64,000 bases of DNA from Mytilus californianus. Lineage: Eukaryota. The stretch lies in NCBI RefSeq assembly GCF_021869535.1, contig NW_026262659.1:4216001-4280000 (forward strand). Reading direction: 5' to 3'. The notes under the pieces were generated by a model. It saw only the letters and a list, made by a program, of their open reading frames with translations. It was not told the origin of the DNA and ran no database searches. Positions 1 through 13,400 of this stretch are shown here, piece by piece. A program made the translations under genes and the position numbers. The stretch's first letter is position 1. Every line of letters starts with the position of its first letter.

Positions 1-476
1 AGGTCAGATGACATCTGCCAGTTGGACATGTACACCTTACAGTCCTTCCATACACCGAATATACTAGACCTATTGCTTATAGTATCTGAGATATGGACTT
101 GACCACCAAAACTTAACCTTGTTCACTAATCCATGAAATGAGGTCGAGGTCAAGTGAAAACTGTCTGACGGGCATGAGGACCTTGCAAGGTACGCACATA
201 CCAAATATAGTTATCCTATTACTTATAATAAGAGAGAATTTAACATTACAAAAAATCTGAACTTTTTTTTCAAGTAGTCACTGAACCATGAAAATGAGGT
301 CAAGGACATTGGACATGTGACTGACGGAAACTTCGTAACATGAGGAATCCATATACAGAGTATGAAGCATCCAGACCTTCCACCTTCTAAAATATAAAGC
401 TTTTAAGAAGTTAGCTAACGCCACCGCCGGATCACTATCCCTATGTCGAGCTTTCTGCGACAGGCTCGACAAAAAG
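1..476 (+). mobile_element. 3' part of a Helentron/DINE-like non-autonomous element
   Basis: Internal tandem subunits end in the hairpin TGTCGAGC...GCTCGACA, followed by an A run. Confidence 0.55.
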
Positions 477-1029
477 GAGTTCTTAATTAAGAAATAAACT
501 GATTCGCTGAGTGCAGCTGGATACACCCGCAGATGTCCAACCCTGAACAGTTGGGGCAAAAATGGACACAATATTCAAGCTTGATACAGGTCTGAATTTG
601 GATTGTAATTAAATATTTGACATATTATAGTTTCTGAATAAATGTAGTCAAAGAACTTGAAATTGGTTATATGAATTGAATTTATATTCAATTAAAGATT
701 TCTTGCTGTTGTGCAATACACTGTGCTGTTGCGCAATACTTAATAAATCTGTTGCCAGACTATAAACAAATAAAGTTCAATTTCTTCTCAATGTCATATT
801 TGAAATTTATGAAAATCAATAGGGAGATTACATCAATAGCTATAAATAATTCACCAAAGTTTCATGCGAACTGCTTAAAGCATTTTTGAGTTGTTGTCCA
901 AAAACTGGAAAATCCCCCCTTTTTTTAATTAATAAAACCCCATAACTCAGTAATGTAAAATCTAAAATTTATAAAATTCTAAAGGGAGCTTACGGATTGA
1001 TAATTTAGTCTTAGATGCAACATTTTTTT

Positions 1030-1570
1030 ATCAGTTGTTAGTGGCTTTGAACTACCTGTCAGTAAATGCGAGTACTCTCAGATCTGTACTTAGTGTCTTT
1101 TTGTTGTTTGGATGTACAACTACCCGGTCACGTCCACTTGTATTTGTATTTATCCATCTGATGAGTAAAGCCTCTTTCAATTGATTTTTATAGTTCATTC
1201 TTATATTGTACTGTTACACCACTGTCCCAGGTTAGGGGGTGGGTTGGGATCCCGTTAACATGTTTAACCCCGCCACATTCTGTATGTACGTGTATGTGCC
1301 TGTCCCAAGTCAGGAGCCTGTAATTCAGTGGTTGTCGTTTGTTAATGTGTTGCATATTTGTTATTCGTTCATTTTTGTACATAAATTAGGCCGTTAGTTT
1401 TCTTGTTTGAATTGTTTTACATTGTCATTTTGGGGCCTTTTATAGCTCACTGTGCGGTATGTGCTTTGCTCATTGTTGAAGGCCGTACTGTGACCTATAG
1501 CTGTTAATTTCTGTGTCATTTGGTCTCTTGTGGAGAGTTGTCTCATTGGCAATACCACATCTTCTTTTTT
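1030..1570 (+). repeat. Abundant interspersed repeat family (Mytilus-like MITE core)
   Basis: The core GAGAGTTGTCTCATTGGCAAT(C)ATACCACATCTTCTT and TTGAAGGCCGTAC..TGACCTATA recur at about 1540, 13960, 19310, 23440, 33790, 34000 and 48990, and in reverse at about 40230 and 43590. Confidence 0.7.
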
Positions 1571-1858
1571 ATATTTACATCAACAGATATAAACAATTCA
1601 CCAAGTCAAGGTGAGACAACAAAACTTAGTTGTAAGATCTCTGAAATTTTTTACACGGTACAAGTTTTTCTCATTGTTGGAGATTGTACGGTGACAGTAA
1701 CACCTGTAACTGCTTAACCCATTTCTTATGCACTTTGGTTTGATAAACTCACTGAATATCATACCACATCTCCTTATTTATATATGCATTACAATTTACA
1801 TGTGCATGTAATTGTAAATATATATATATCAGAACAAACTTCATTGCGTCACTTTTAT

Positions 1859-3820
1859 TTATGCATCCTTTGGTACAATACAAGTTCTAAACATGCTAAA
1901 ATTACACAACATAAAACAACTAAATGTTATTTCAGATGAAAGTTTTGTTTCAGTTCCATTCATAGGATTTATTAGAATTTTGTATGTTTTGCCAAGTCCA
2001 ATAATTAGCTCTATGTGCACGTGTTAATTGGAGACTTTTCTATCCCGTATAAGAGTTTTGGAACTAATTCTGTTTCTTTTTTTGAAAAAAGTGAGCAAAC
2101 AAATCTTGCACATTTAAACCTTTGTCTGCCATCACACTGTCACCTGGATCACATAATTGAACTATTCTACATCTTTCAACTATTTCACAGTCACTGGTAC
2201 AACCAACATATGCATTAGAGACATAGTTGACTAAACCACCAGGTGTCGAAAATACAAGTATTTTCAGTGTTTCTGTTTTTATATGATGAAAAGGTTGCCT
2301 GAGCTCTAGGAGCTTTAGGTTTTATCACGGGATATTCTGTGCTGTCAATAATAATCTAAGTTGTAGGAAACTTTAATTTGAAGTTGGATGGTGAAAAATA
2401 CCTGACTAAACCACTAAATGGCCAAGTGTTAATAGCCTCACGCCACTGTTTAGACATAAAAACAATCCATGTTTACACAATATTCTTAACACTAGTTTCA
2501 ATCTAGAATCTAGACAGTTCAAAGTTGGTTGTATAATGCCTCAATTTCATCAAAGTCATAAAAAAACTGATTTTCAAATGACACCCTATCAATTTGAAAA
2601 TATATGCATCTCAAACAATGTGCTGCTGGACCAAGTGTGGTCAAAACAAATAAAAATTTAGTATACAACTCTAAACCGGTATAAAAATGCAAGGCTGTGT
2701 CACGTGTCTTCATTTCAAAATTCTCTGCTGAAAATATAGGCATTGCGTAATTCCATCTGTGAAGCTCAACATTAGCTCGGCAGTTGGTGGTGGACAGTCA
2801 TAAATCCTGTCTGCAGTATGAATGACTTCTTCAGGAAAACCAACTTTACAATCAAAACTTTCCTCTAGATTTCTACTACAATATTCATCAAGCTTAGTTC
2901 TTTTGTTTTCACAGGAAACTGCCCTGATTTTTCCTTTTGCGGACGATTCAGTCTCTTGCTTGGTCCAGGAAAATAGGCTGGGAATGGCAGTAGACTTAAG
3001 TCTCTGTATGGTGGGTTTGCGCCCTGAAAAAGGTTATAAAACATTAGTTTTTTGATAATTAAATGAACTTCCATTTATAGCAATGCATACTTTGTACTAC
3101 CTGGCAAAATATTAACTAAATTTATTCATTACAATTTGGATAAAACTATGTTAGCCTGATTCAATGTACTTCAAAATGTATGTTATGTAAATCCAAAGGA
3201 CAAACAATGAGAGACTTATGCAACAAACGTACATTGTTTGTACCTAAATAACTATAATATAGATGAGAGCATGTCATTGTTTTGTTCCTGTTAACATTGT
3301 CATTGATATTTTTCAAGAAAGTCTATGAGGCATAGCTTATGCATTCCTGTCATTACTACATTAGCAAAATTACTGCTAAAATAATTCTCAGTATGATATA
3401 CCTCTTGTAAGAAATCATTATAATTGTAGCAAGCACCAACAAATCTCAAACAGATCACGTTGAATCGTAATCCAAAAAATTATGACGTCTTGAATTAATC
3501 ACCCCCTTTTATTCTAAAACGATAATTGCGGTTGTAAACAGACTTTGGTTTAGTCGCATGGCGATTACATATATAACTATATATCTTAAAAAGAAAATAG
3601 AGTTTTACCATGAATAGTTTCCTGCACGTAGTCTTTTTCAGTAAAATGTGGCTTGCAAACAACAGCTGATTGAGATGGACTCCACGATTTCATCGTGTTC
3701 TCGTCCAATCTGCGTATGGGCCATGGCATTGATCCAACTTTTCCTTCTTTTTAAGTCATTTGGAAATGCATGTCCTCCTCTTAAATGACATCCAGGTACA
3801 CAACAACAAGTACTTGGCAT
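1859..3820 (-). pseudogene. THAP-domain plus Harbinger/ISL2EU-type (DDE_Tnp_4-like) transposase pseudogene inside a myotubularin intron
   Basis: Exon 1 (3820-3609) reads MPSTCCCVPGC...FPND...W, then after a 7-nt insertion IRRLD...VVCKPHFTEKDY (THAP C2CH). The intron is 3608-3024. Exon 2 (3023-1859) reads RLKSTAIPSLF, FYTGLE, ENQFF/MTLMKLR (HTH), IIDSTE, TFSSYKNRNT, TPGGLVNYVSNAY, DSVMADKG, then HVHIELIIG. There are several stops and frameshifts. TIRs were not found. Confidence 0.85.
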
Positions 3821-4428
3821 CGTTAATTAAAAATTCAACTGTAATAGTTAGTATGCACAGTGCAGAAACCGGAAGTTTAAGAACAGGATCGGCTACCACG
3901 GCGCCACCTATTCAGGAACGATAATTTGCTACTTTATATAAAGTTCTGCGAAATAACAATAACGTTAGACGGGTTCACGTGCATAAACAGAAATGCGCTT
4001 TAAATTGTATAATATAATTCATGTTCAGTCGACCTTTAATTATTATATCAACGACTGAAATGATTTTTAAACATCTAGATTGCAGATAACACTCGAAATT
4101 AACTCGACCTCTTTCCACACGGAATTCAAATAATTCTAGTTTGTCAATCGGTTGACTGCTTATAATGCAAAATACAAATATATCAAAAGTTTTTAAAACT
4201 AACAAAACACAATGATCGTTTCTCTATTTCCCAATGTAAATGAGATGAAACAAAAAACATTTTATATCACAATAAGAAGAGGAGAGAATCAACATTTTCC
4301 GGATCTACTTGGAGCCTAATGACCCCCCACGTAGATAAGTTGGATATCGCGGAAAGAAAGATTAACACGTCAACTAGAAAGGCATTAAAGCACTGCCTTG
4401 AAAAACCAACCACTAACATAAAGCTTAC

Positions 4429-7400
4429 CTGTCTTTCATAACATGTATATTGTGTATATCTAAAAACAGTATTTCTGCATTCTGGTAAGATTCTTCTCTT
4501 TCATAGCCACCACCTTTAGCCTGAAAATAATTTAAATCAAAAATCTGCAGTCAAACTATTAAACAAATTAAGTATGGTTTAAGTCAGATCTATCTTTTTA
4601 TATGTTGAACATGTAACTTGTCATTTTAATAGGTGCCAATGACTTTTATCTGTTTCAGTCTTAACCAACCATATCAGTCAAAGCATTAACACAATGACCT
4701 TGACCTTTTCGGAAGTCTATTAGCCATCACATGTAAACAATTTCTATAATTTGATTATCACTGTACCATATTAGCGAGTGCATTAACACTTGGTCTTGCA
4801 TCCATGATATATAACTTGTGACTGAGATAATTAACGTACCATATTAGCGAGTGCATTAACACTTGGTCTTGCATCCATGATATATAACTTGTGACTGAGA
4901 TAATTAACGTACCATATTAGCGAGTGCATTAACACTTGGTCTAGCATCCATGATATATAACTTGTGAGACTGAGATAATTAACTTACCATATTAGCGAGT
5001 GCATTAACACTTGGTCTAGCATCCATGATATATAACTTGTGAGACTGAGATAATTAACTTACCATATTAGCGAGTGCATTAACACTTGGTCTTGCATCCA
5101 TGATATATAACTTGTGAGACTGAGATAATTAACGTACCATATTAGTTAGTGCATTAACACTTGGTCTGGCATCCATGATATATCACTTGTGAGACTGAGA
5201 TAATTAACCTTCCATATTAGCGAGTGCATTAACACTTGGTCTTGCATCCATGATATATAACTTGTGAGACTGAGATAATTAACCTTCCATATTAGCGAGT
5301 GCATTAACACTTGGTCTAGCATCCATGATATATCACTTGTGAGACTGAGATAATTAACCTACCATATTAGCGAGTGCATTAACACTTGGTCTTGCATCCA
5401 TGATATATAACTTGTGAGACTGAGCATTAGCATCCATTATCATCTGTATATAGGCCTCATCTTCTTTGTTCCTTCTGTTAGCAACACCAACCAGAGGCTG
5501 ACTTGATCTGGTTATTGTAGCTTGACTTTCTGGGTGGATCCATGATAAAATCTACAATAAGATTTTTTATATTATAAAAATGAGATCCATGAAATAGATT
5601 TAGTTAGAATGTAAACATCAAGCAAGTAATGTTATTAAGCATTCTAAATCATTGTGTTTTGTCCAATTAAAATATTTTATCAATTGCATTCCCAAAATAT
5701 AAAATTTAGAAGAACAAAGACATGCTGACTATTTCTATTTTTGTAGTTCCTATAAATTTTGGTTCCCTTATCAAATACTATAGTCACCATCATGTAAAAT
5801 TGGACAAAGGGTTTTCATCAAACATTTTTAAACTATCAATCACGCTCATTCAAGATGACTTTTTTCACGTAGCAGAATATAAAATGTATTTAAAAAAATA
5901 AACTGTTGACACAGAGATATGTCTCACCTGTTGGCATGAAATTCAGAAAAAGACATTCTGATGGACAGCAACATTTATTAATTCAGTTGCTTAACCATTA
6001 TCTAGTGGGCAGGGTTACTGGACTATGACCTAGGGGACAGGGCCTTGAAATAGTCATCAAATTGATATGTACTGATAGTAATTCAACTTTATATCAAATA
6101 TCAATGATCTATCACAATTAGTTCCTATCAAACTAACTTAAGCAGAAAACTTTACAATTGTTGACAGCGTCGCTGCAGCCGTCGCCAGAAAAGCAATCCT
6201 TATGTCTCGCTTTCCACGACTTTCTCTGCAGGCTAGATAAAACTATAGTCCTACTTTTTATTGTAATTGCACTGTATAATCCTGGCGTAATGCTTGATAG
6301 TTTAACAATGTTTTATCAAAAACCAGGGTCCAATTTTACATGACAGCAACCATATTTAAAACTTTTTATCAACACTTCAACTTCACAAATGTTTGTTGAA
6401 AATTTTCATGTCACAAGAAAAAACATTGACATCACAATGTTAAAGTGATTGTTTTATACATAATGTCACTACGACAAGCTTTGCAAAATCCCAAATAGCA
6501 ATAAATACTAACGCATGACCTAACATATGAGAAAAATTATCTACCTATAATTGGGATCCTAATAGAAGGTTATAACTTTTTACATATCTTTGGGAATGAG
6601 AAACATGATTGGTGCCAAGGGTCCACAACAAATAAGGTAATTTTTATAGGCAAAAAATCTGGAATACTGTCATATTCATACCAGACAAGTGAACCTCTAT
6701 CAACAATGGCTGCATGAACTGCATGAAATTTCATACCAGGTTTTGTAAAAGATTTAAGAATAATATTTGAATTGCAACAGTTTACAGCTGCATTGATTTT
6801 TAATAATAATTTGAAACTGAAAATTCCTAAGGAATTGATCATACTACAATCATTATTGAGAAATCGGAAGCTTTCAGGCTGATTATAAATTATGAATGAA
6901 ATCCAATTTACAATACAGATTTCCCTTGATTGGGGCAACTATTGGTGCAGGAACTGCTCTTCCATCTGAATCACCTGAGTTCACATGTTTAAGATAAGTT
7001 TGTGGTCTTTAGTTTTCAGTGCAGTTTTTTTATGACTCTTAGTTGTCTTTTTGTGGTTTTCCATATTGAAATTGCTTGTCTGTTTTGTCTAACATGTAGG
7101 CCTGAGCTGCCTGCATAGTTGTGGTCAACTAATAATTGCAAATGACCATAAAAAGGCCAAAGTATAATAAATTAGTGTTGCTGGGTTTTTTCTCATTGAC
7201 ATTTAACCCAAAATTCCTTAAATTGATATGTAAATGTAAATAACCCACTTACTGGTAATCTTCCTCTGCTTCTAAATGTAGCCACCTGTCTGATGTCATC
7301 ATCTGTGGCAGCCTGGGGTGTTACTATCTAAAAATAAATAACACATAACATTGTTTATTATTAATTGGACTGATTATAAATAAACTCATCAAAGATACCA

Positions 7401-10400
7401 GGATTATAATTTTGTACGCCAGACGCACGTTTCATCTACAAAAAACTTCAGTGACGCTCAGAAAAGTTCAAAGGCTAATGAAGTAATGAAGTATGAAATT
7501 GAAGAGAATTGATAACCAAAAATTTCAAAAAGTTTTGCCAAATACAGCTAAGGGCTTCTATTGCTGGGGTACAATATAGCCTTACTTGATAAATGGTTAA
7601 CAGAAATCTCACCATGTAAAACTCAATTGAAGAGGTTTGATACAATAGGTCAAACCAAATATCTTTAAAATTTGTTTTTGTTGCTTCTCTGCTTAGAATG
7701 TGACAAGTAGAACTGGGCATAAAAACAATCATCTTTGATTAAGACTTATATCTATGGCCAATGCAAAAATTGTTAAGGTTAGAAATGTGCTACAATTATT
7801 TAAATCTGAATGATGAAAAAGTATTCAAATTCACAAGTGATTCTATAAATAATAAAACAAATATCTTACAATACTAGGATATGTTTCACACAATTCATAT
7901 CGTTCATTTATTCTGTTTATCTTCCAACTATCATTTGTAAGGCCCTGCAACAACAAAAATATACAAATTTACAGTCAATCAACAGTATAAAACAATCAAA
8001 GTTCACTATACGTCTACAGGGAAACAACATAACATTAAAGTTCACTATAGGTCTACAGGGAAACAACATAACATCACAGTTCACTATAGGTCTACAAGGA
8101 AACAACATAACATCACAGTTCACTATAGGTCTACAGGGAAACAACATAACATCAAAGTTCACTATAGGTCTACAGGGAAACAACATAACATCAAAGTTCA
8201 CTATAGGTCTACAGGGAAACAACATAACATCACAGTTCACTATAGGTCTACAGGGAAATAACATAACATTACAGTTCACTATAGGACTACAGAGAAACAA
8301 CATAACATCAAAGTTCTCTGTAGGTCTACAGGGAAACAACATAACATCAAAGTTCTCTGTAGGTCTACAGGGAAACAACATAACATCACAGTTCACTATA
8401 GGTCTACAGGGAAACAACATAACATCAAAGTTCACTATAGGTCTACAGGGAAACAACATAACATCACAGTTCACTATAGGTCTACAGGGAATCAACATAA
8501 CATCACAATTCACTATAGGTCTACAGGGAATCAACATAACATCACAGTTCACTATAGGTCTACAGGGAAACAACATAACATCAAAGTTCACTATAGGTCT
8601 ACAGGGAAACAACATAACATCACAGTTCACTATAGGTCTACAGGGAATCAACATAACAACACAGTACACTATAGGTCTACAGGGAAACAACATAACATCA
8701 CAGTACAATCATATTCATATGATGAAGACATAATTTTTCAATCAGTTTAATTGAGGTCTGGAGCTGGCATGTCAGTAACTGCTAGTAGTCCTTTGTTAAT
8801 TCATGGTGATCATTGTCATTTTGCTTAATTTCTTCTGTTACCTATTCTGAAATCAGACTCAGACTTCTTTTAAACTGAGTTTTACTGTGCATATTGCTGT
8901 GTGTTTTGTTTATTCTACATTGGCTAGAGGTATAGGGGGAGGGTGGAAATCTCACAAAAATTGTTTAACCCCGCCGCATTTTTGCGCCTGTCCAAATTCA
9001 GGAACCTCTGACCTTTGTTAGTCTTGTATGTTTTTTTATTTAAATTTTGGTTCATTTATATGTTTCAGAGTTGAGTGTGACGTCCATTATCACTGACCTA
9101 GTACACATTTTTGTTTAGAGGCCAGTCGAAGCCCTCCTCCGGGTGCGGGATTTTCTCGCTGTGTTGAAGACCTATTTGTGGCCTTGGGCTGTTTTCTGTT
9201 CTTTGGTCGGGTTGTTGTCTCCAACACATTCCCCGTTTCGATTCTCAATGAAGGGATATATGTGACAGGAGTAGATTTAAAAAGACTTTAAAATAAAGAT
9301 ATTGAAAACCTGTCATGAAAACATTATCCACATTTACTCCTAACTAATAATCAATGAAACTGGAATAGAAAAGACAAAATCCAAAAATACACTTACTTAT
9401 ATATTTGGAAGATAAGACCAATTATTAACGAATTTAAGGCTTAAGCAGTCATTTTGATCTTAACATAAGTCTGAAAATTGACTGAAACCCTGAACAAACC
9501 TTAATAATTTATTGTTCAGTCGTTTAATTAAACTGATATGTTACTTATTTTAACAATCACCTGTCTTTTGTACTCTGCTATTGGGTCATATACTTTCCAT
9601 CCGTCTTCACCATAATCTTCTTTGAATTCAAAGGCAAATAATGGCTGAAATATATCAAATGCTTACTTCATCATTAAGGTCAATAATGTTTATCATTTAT
9701 TTCAAATTTGCTAATTATTTTTGACAGAAAAGGTGTATTTATGTACCCATATTTCATGAATTTAGTCTTGCAAGTAGTTGATCAAGTAAAACTTTGAAAC
9801 ATCATAAAATCCAACATTTGTTAATGCCTTTGATCTGTGATATATATTGTTTTCTGCTAAGATGATAAAAAGCTACCATACAAAATCTGCTTTTCTGCAA
9901 TCCTGACAAAATCAAATTTGGCGCATTGTATAGTACAAAAGGACTAAGCTGTTGTAATTAATGAAGAAAGATTGAAGACATATTTACCTGTTTGATTGTT
10001 ATAGGAAAGGTCAACTTTTGTATTTAATGAAGAAAGAGATTGAAGATATATTTACCTGTTTGTTTGGTATAGCAAAGTTCAACTTTTGTATTTAATGAAG
10101 AAAGATTGAAGACATATTTACTAGGGATGTCAACGAATACTCGAGTATTCGAGTATCGCTTGGTAGAATTGAGTATTGAATACCAAAGCGATAGTTGACT
10201 AATCAGTTTCCTGTAAAATATTGCTGACTTTTTTATATAAATTGATCTTCTTAAGAACCTCTTTCCGAAATTGAAATAGGCATCACAGATTACTCATAAT
10301 AGTAAATGAAATACATTTTGTTTCGAATGCTTGTGCTAAGTTGTCATTTAAAATGCCTCCAAAAATATGTGGGCTATACCTAGGCTTACACTTTAAACTA

Positions 10401-13400
10401 AACATGTCTGCAAGACTGTAATTTACAAAGTAGCAAAACCAACTGTCCCCAATAATAGTTGACAAGAAAATGTTTCTAAATAAAAAATTCCATGCATCCT
10501 ATGGAGACCTTCAGTGAATAGTTAAACTTCTAACCCCTACTCCTTTGTAAACTTCTTCTTCTTAGTATCAGCCTCCTTTAATTAGGAGCACCTCCAAATA
10601 TATATGGAGTTTTGCCTTAACTTTAAAATTTAAAAGGATAAAACAAAAATGTTCTTTTTCCAACATATGTACAGCACATATAAATTAAAAATAAAAGTGT
10701 CATGCAAGGCATATTTACATGGACCTTTTTGTTATAAATTAATCTACCATACAAGTAGATTCACTTACATGTATGTATGTATCTCAGTTTTATTTATAAT
10801 TAAAAATATGTTTCATTTGAATTTGCTTTTTAATATGCATAAAAGATACATTAAAAGGAGGTTTTATTTAATAAGATCTATGTATTAAAATAATAAGTTA
10901 AGATGTAAGAATTTAGTAAAATCTAAAAAGGCAGGTTTTCTCAGTGGAATATTATATGTACTTCATGATCAATGTATATAAAAATCATAATAAAGTAATA
11001 GAAGCTTGATTTGTCACCATCAGTAAATTTAAAAGGATATATACATGATATGGACCCTATCATAAATGTATTAGTGAGTTAAAAGATAGGAATGCTTATT
11101 ATTTATTTAAATTTCTTACAATTATTAAATGACAGACATGAAATGTGTTTTCTTAACCATTACCCAATACTATTGTTTGATATGGTTTTTCCTTGTTATA
11201 ATTTTTAAATAGGTGTTCATTAGATTATATTGATCAGATTATTGTTTTTTACTTAATTAGTACTTGTAGGTAATGAGCTATTTATTATGGTGTGTATTTC
11301 TTTGTCCTAGATACTTATGTAGATACTTTTTGTTCGTTTAACAACAAACCACAGAATGTAAAATTTGTTTTTTTGTGTTTCCATGTTGTAGATATATTCC
11401 CGAGCGAGTACTCTAGTATCGCTCGATAAAACCAAGGAGTACTTGATTAGTAATTGTTCACCAAGTTGAAATCCCTAATATTTACCTGTTTGTTTGTTAT
11501 AGGAAAGGCAAACTGTTGGATCTTCTCAAAAACTTGTCTTCTTGAATGATTTTCTTGTTTGTGTGCAAATCTTAAATTTCTAATGTCCTGTTAAATAAAA
11601 GTTTGTACAGTATATATTTTCACATGAAAAAGTATAAACACTTTAGCCATTTCCATTTTTCATTTTATATGATTAAAAAATTAGGAAAAAGGTCATTTTT
11701 CTAACAAACAAAATTATCTTTTACTAATCCTAACACAATGTTAAAATAAACATATGATGTAAAAGCAAACTGCAGTTTTCAAATGAATGTGGGAGATGAC
11801 TATTTCTTCAATGTTTTGGGGTTACACTAATGACAGGACGATTGGCCGGATATTGACCAGATGAGATATAAATGGTCATAACTTTTTAGGTATTTGGTAG
11901 ATTTTTTTTACATTTGAAGACCTTTGAGATACTTAACTATATTTTATGAAAATCTAAAAAAAAAATTAAAAAAAAAGATTTTTGAGCAAAAATGTTTGAC
12001 CGGACGAATTTCGCAGTCGCCGATGTACGCTTTGAAAATATCAAACTTTTTATCTTTTTTGTTTTACAATATTTTTTCATGAAATTAAGATATCTGCAAG
12101 ATACACATAGTATAGAAAAATATAAACTTTATATTAAATTTTTTTTTTTTTTCTAAAGTTATGACCATTTATATCTCATCCTGTCAATCGTCCTGTCATT
12201 AGTGTGACCCAATGTTTTGTAAATCTAGAATAACTGATGTATGTACAAAATGTAGTAGATTTTGCATTTCTATGCTTTATTGTGTATTACAAATAATAAT
12301 ATAATTAGCATTTTTATGAGAAACCTTGCAAATCAGGTCAATTCCATAGGAATTCTCTCCCCTGCTAGTGGCACCACCTATCTTCTCAATTTTACTTATC
12401 ACACCTAGTGGTACATCTAATATAAATAACGATTCCTGAAAATGTTTAAGAGAAATGTATAAGGATTATTGCAAATATTCAAAGGTAAATAAAAACATTG
12501 TTAAAAGTATATTACATGTACGTGAGCACTAACTAAAGATATATATATCATATCTACATTACATGTATGTAAGGTCGGTATCATATCTACAATCAGACTT
12601 TGACAAATAACAATACACCATAAATCATGCGTATATTTACCAAGTTACATGAAAATGACCAATTTTATTATATTGGTACAAAACAACTATAATAATAAGG
12701 AGATTAAGTATGACATGTATGATTGCCAATGAAACTTCTATCCACCAAATGATGTTCATAAAATATTCATTTCGCTCTCTTTATCTATTTCAAGGGTTCA
12801 TTTTAGTCCAAATACAACCAAACAAAAAGATATCTAGGAATTGAAATGTGGACAATGGGGCAATGAAAAGGGAAACAAAGGCACATACAACAAATGTAAG
12901 CACACCATAAATTCTTCAACAATAAAATGAAATCATTCTATATACACTGTATTTAATGTATGTTATTTTATAATATTAAATGTATGCTACAATCAGATAT
13001 AAGCATTTCATTTTTATATCTAATAGACCTTTAAACACACACTTAAAGTTTTATTACTAATCTTACCCTTTCACTGCTTTTAAAGTACAACTTGTAATTG
13101 GTGACTGTCAGCGCTCCTTTTATTGGTCCATTGTAGGGACATAAATATGTCACATCTCTTCCTGGTAAACAAAAGTAGTAAAATTATTACTCTGTAATCA
13201 TAGTTTTTTTTAATAGAAACTGGTTTTTTTCTTCTGTCAAACATTTACACAGTTACCACTCTTTTCCATTTAATTAATGGCAAATAATTAAATAGCAGTT
13301 AGTCAAACGTTTGGCTGCTTCCTGGGTTGACTATTCAATCCATTTAACTATAAGGACTAAAGAGTAATAAATCAAATTAACTTATTTTTAATATCAAATA

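Noticed and set aside
1-4428. Further myotubularin exons (SLRKL...HCSDGWDRT catalytic region)
   Set aside because: They were not found by eye in this interval and are presumed to lie beyond the window start.
4765-5420. CRISPR-like appearance of regularly spaced repeats (also 7990-8706 and 38050-39620)
   Set aside because: The units are contiguous tandem copies with no unique spacers, there are no cas genes, and the context is eukaryotic.
6570-6938. 122-aa minus-strand ORF in a myotubularin intron
   Set aside because: There is no recognisable motif and no convincing splice context, and it is not needed for the myotubularin frame.
7917-8708. 263-aa ORF with 13-aa Cys-rich repeats
   Set aside because: It is a by-product of a stop-free 39-bp minisatellite in a myotubularin intron. 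Its end overlaps the real exon 7 in a different frame.
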